Shown here one piece after another: positions 22,801-25,471 of a stretch of DNA of 25,471 nucleotides. The notes below the pieces were generated by a model. That model saw only the letters and a list, made by a program, of their open reading frames with translations, did no database searches and was not told the origin of the DNA. The stretch is from Salpingoeca rosetta (taxonomy: Eukaryota > Protista > Choanoflagellata). Within the stretch, counting starts at the first letter, position 1. Each line of letters starts with the position of its first letter. Location of the stretch: NCBI GenBank assembly GCA_033442325.1, contig JAWQFM010000013.1, forward strand, positions 1,406,448 through 1,431,918, in the 5' to 3' direction. A program made the position numbers and the translations under genes.

Positions 22801-24012
22801 TGTGTCTGTCTATCTATCTGTGTATGTGTGTGTGTGTGTGTGTGTCCGTCTGTGTGCTTGGCCTACGACTCAAGGCTGCAACCTCTTCTCAACGTTTGCA
22901 GCCTTAGTTTTGTGTGCAACTAACTTCATCCGCCACCGCCGCCACCGCCGCCACCACCACTTGTCCCGACTGCTGTAGATGGAAGAGACACTGCAAGGCG
23001 AAGATGCGCCATCGAGCGTATCCAAACTGGATAACATCCACACCATCGAGGCTCGCTACACCAACAACAAAGATGTGAGTTGGCTCGCAACTGCTGCAAG
23101 GTGGATGTGGAAACTGTGTGTTCTTGCAGCTGCTAGCTGCTGGCTTCCACCTCGCATGAAACGAAACAACTGTTGCTACATTTGTGCTGGAATGTATCAC
23201 CATCATCGACATTCGCACGTCAAAAACACGCACCCGCACACACATACACACACACACACACTTCCGACTCAACTGCTTGTGGTCTGTTATGCCAGAAATA
23301 CCGCGGGTCGACGATGGGCCTGACCTCCGACGAGGCTGCGTCGAGCTCCCCGCTCCTCAGGAAGCCAGAATCCTCTGCCAGTCTGCACGAGTACATGGAC
23401 CTGGCCAAGGTGTCTGAGGTGACATCGGCTTCGCTCAGCACCAAGCCGTCGTCCCTGAGCCTGGGCAGGCTGATGATGGCGGAGCGGGAGAAGAGGGGCG
23501 CGTTGACATCTAGTTTCAGCGGCAGCCGCAATAGCCTGATGAGTAACGCCAGCAGCTCCATTGCAAGGCGGGGCCTGCTTTCCTCTGCGCTGGGCAAAAC
23601 GGCGAGCTCGAGCACGATTGACCAGTACATGAACACGACGGGGCCCAAAGCGCCGCCGCGGCCATCTGAGCATTACCTGAACGATGCGCACATGGCCGCC
23701 AGCGTCGCCTCGTCGACCCGAAACGCATCCGAGTACGTGGACTCGCTCAACTTTGTGGAGGCCGTGCACCACCACCGGCGACAGAAGTCTGACGAGATCG
23801 ACGAGACTTTGTTTGCGAGTGAATACGACAACCTCGGACAGGAACAGCCAGAGGACGATGACAGTGCAGGGGCTGAGAACGGCACCGATGCTGCAAGCAG
23901 CGCTTCCAGTCTTGGCGGAGCTGACAAGGGCCAAGCGCACAACGTTGTACCGCAGCCTGAACCACAACAGCAAGCCACAAGGCCAACCAATGACCAGTAC
24001 ATCGAGTTGTAA
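10590..24012 (+). CDS. Receptor tyrosine kinase (~1726 aa, 33 exons): signal peptide, Cys-rich region, LamG-like domain, 4 Ig-like repeats, TM, TK domain, Tyr-rich tail
   Basis: Exons 10590-11130, 11377-11575, 11828-12029, 12337-12703, 13112-13174, 13422-13507, 13688-13865, 14081-14225, 14505-14636, 14867-14979, 15239-15370, 15642-15760, 16012-16117, 16401-16489, 16731-16839, 17140-17339, 17649-17765, 17936-18052, 18413-18572, 18820-18939, 19139-19274, 19563-19782, 20072-20143, 20369-20451, 20718-20815, 21014-21132, 21354-21392, 21632-21693, 21981-22003, 22188-22249, 22480-22638, 22979-23074 and 23296-24012. All introns are GT-AG, phases are consistent, and the total is 5181 nt. Signal peptide [18 protein letters not shown]; [21 protein letters not shown]; kinase motifs [44 protein letters not shown]. 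Confidence 0.9.
12836..12971 (+). repeat. Intronic (GT)n/(GTGC)n/(GTGG)n tract with G-runs
   Basis: Read directly; many GGG runs at ~12908-12966. Confidence 0.85.
13807..13864 (+). repeat. Coding 30-nt imperfect tandem duplication ([10 protein letters not shown] / [10 protein letters not shown])
   Basis: tgccaccccttacaaacagcactgaggtca followed by tgccacccctcacaaacagtgcagaactc. Confidence 0.85.
14081..15370 (+). other. Laminin G-like / concanavalin A-like (pentraxin-type) domain in the RTK ectodomain
   Basis: The spliced sequence …[21 protein letters not shown]…[25 protein letters not shown]…PTLEQMFLL matches the W-x-x-(I/V) … IG … (F/Y)xGx(I/L)DE(V/M)x(I/V)(F/Y) … (S/T)xxE/Q pattern of LamG-like jellyrolls. 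Recognised by eye; boundaries are approximate. Confidence 0.6.
16235..16342 (+). repeat. Compound intronic trinucleotide repeat (GAT)n then (GGT)n
   Basis: Lies in intron 16118-16400 of the RTK. Confidence 0.95.
17378..17510 (+). repeat. Higher-order duplication (~44-nt unit) of a degenerate GT tract
   Basis: tgttagtgtg(tg)n tctgcgtgtgtgaacacgtgtgtgtg occurs twice plus a partial third copy. A (CCA)n run follows at ~17594-17634. Confidence 0.8.
18239..18391 (+). repeat. Intronic compound (GT)n-(TTTG)n-(GT)n microsatellite
   Basis: Read directly from the sequence. Confidence 0.9.
19832..19896 (+). repeat. Perfect intronic (TG)n of about 32 units
   Basis: Read directly from the sequence. Confidence 0.95.
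21790..21901 (+). repeat. Alternating purine-pyrimidine (CACATG)n tract with an internal 24-nt duplication
   Basis: cacatgcacatgcacatg…; cacatgtacgtacacatgcacatg x2. Confidence 0.85.
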
Positions 24013-24568
24013 TCACGTGTTGCTACTGCACTGCTGTCTTCGCTGCTTGAGCCGACCGCGCCACGGTCCATGTCAATTCGCGTTTGCTCCCATTCCTAGC
24101 AACGCACCTTGTTCTTTTTGTTGTACATCGCTGTTGCTTGTACGTGGCAGCCTTGTGTGGTTTGGCTCGTTGCATCGTCGACCATCGCATCCTGGGCTTC
24201 TGTTTATGTTTCGCCGTATGTGTGTGAGATTCAGGTTTTCTTCATCATTGGTTCACTACGCTCGACGGTCATGTCTCATGTAACTCTACTACTATCTATC
24301 TCTGTGTTGTTGCCCTTGTATGCGCTGCGGTTGCTTGGTTTTACCCAGTGCTTATGGTTGTCCATCAAAATACAGTGGAATCGGTGTGAAAACCTGTGCC
24401 TGCGGCTCATGCACACACGATTGAGTGGCTGCCCTGGGTGAGAGCATTTCTTTTGACTCAACAACAAGAGCCTGTGCGTGTCTGTGTGTTTGTGCACGTG
24501 TGTGCGCGCGTGCTTGCATGTGTGCTTGATGTGCAAAGATACAAGTTTGGTGTGCTTGTGAGTAGTAA

Positions 24569-24690
24569 GTGTGTGTGAGAGTGTGTGCGTGTGTGAGTGT
24601 GTGCGTGTGTGAGTGTGTGAGTGTGTGAGTGTGTGAGTGTGTGAGTGTGTGAGTGTGTGGGTGTGTGAGTGTGTGGGTGTGTGGGTGTGT
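24569..24690 (+). repeat. (GTGTGTGA)n-type degenerate microsatellite downstream of the RTK
   Basis: Read directly from the sequence. Confidence 0.85.
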
Positions 24691-25203
24691 AACGTGGGTG
24701 TAGGCGAGTCTCGGTTGGCTTGGGCGCAAGACTAAAGCGACACAACGTTATCTTTACTGACCAATCTCCCTGCTCACGTGCCCCTACTTGTCCACAGAAA
24801 CCACAGAACCTTTTGGCTTGTTTTATTTATGAGAGAGTCAAGAACCAGGTGCGTTCGTGTAGGCATGCATAACAAAACAAAATAGGAATGACCAGCAAGG
24901 AACATACCAAGATCGAGAATTGAGACCGTAATTTCAAATCATGCAGCGACTCCAATATGACACATGCAAGAAACAGATCAGAAAGACAGGGTTCCTTTCG
25001 GGAAGACACACTTTCAGCGATACATGAATGAAGACGTGACGCGAATCTCAACAGCAGGACAAGAACAGATCGTGTACGTATGGATGCATTCAACTCCTGG
25101 ACGTGTAAAATCATGCTGTACCACCTTATGAAACACCGATCAGCGAGAACCGTTTCCCGTTGCAACCACAACTAGACCTCCGGCTCTGCACTCCAATGCT
25201 TTG

Positions 25204-25383
<180 letters not shown>

Positions 25384-25471
25384 GAGACAACGTTATGTTG
25401 TTTTGATGTTGGTAGAAAAACTAGAGAAACAAAAACACAAACCACAGTACCTACTTTCTCTACGGACGCAC

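Noticed and set aside
23220-24283. Overlapping ORFs 23287-23973(-), 23220-23648(-) and 23684-24283(+)
   Set aside because: Alternative-frame or antisense shadows of the RTK terminal exon.

Overview
Intron-rich eukaryotic genomic DNA with (GT)n/(CA)n-filled introns and a receptor tyrosine kinase of unicellular-holozoan type. It is most likely a choanoflagellate such as Salpingoeca rosetta (inference, no search run). Nearly all ORFs in the supplied track are artefacts of microsatellites or intron read-through. Splicing by hand at GT..AG sites with consistent phases gives four genes: (1) a ~545-aa low-complexity hypothetical protein (+, 1166-3255, 3 coding exons); (2) a ~348-aa Cys-rich single-pass membrane protein with a YxxΦ and DWDD tail (-, 7190-4337, 8 exons); (3) a mitochondrial GrpE/Mge1 (+, 7772-9944, 6 exons, ~263 aa), divergent from gene 2; (4) a 33-exon, ~1726-aa receptor tyrosine kinase (+, 10590-24012). 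The kinase has a signal peptide, Cys-rich modules, a LamG/ConA-like domain, four He_PIG-like Ig repeats, a TM helix, an intact TK domain and a tail with many tyrosine motifs. The best leads are the RTK ectodomain architecture, a stop codon created if the intron right after its TM helix is retained, a skippable activation-loop mini-exon, the cytoplasmic tail of gene 2, and complementary GT/CA tracts that may structure introns lacking polypyrimidine tracts.
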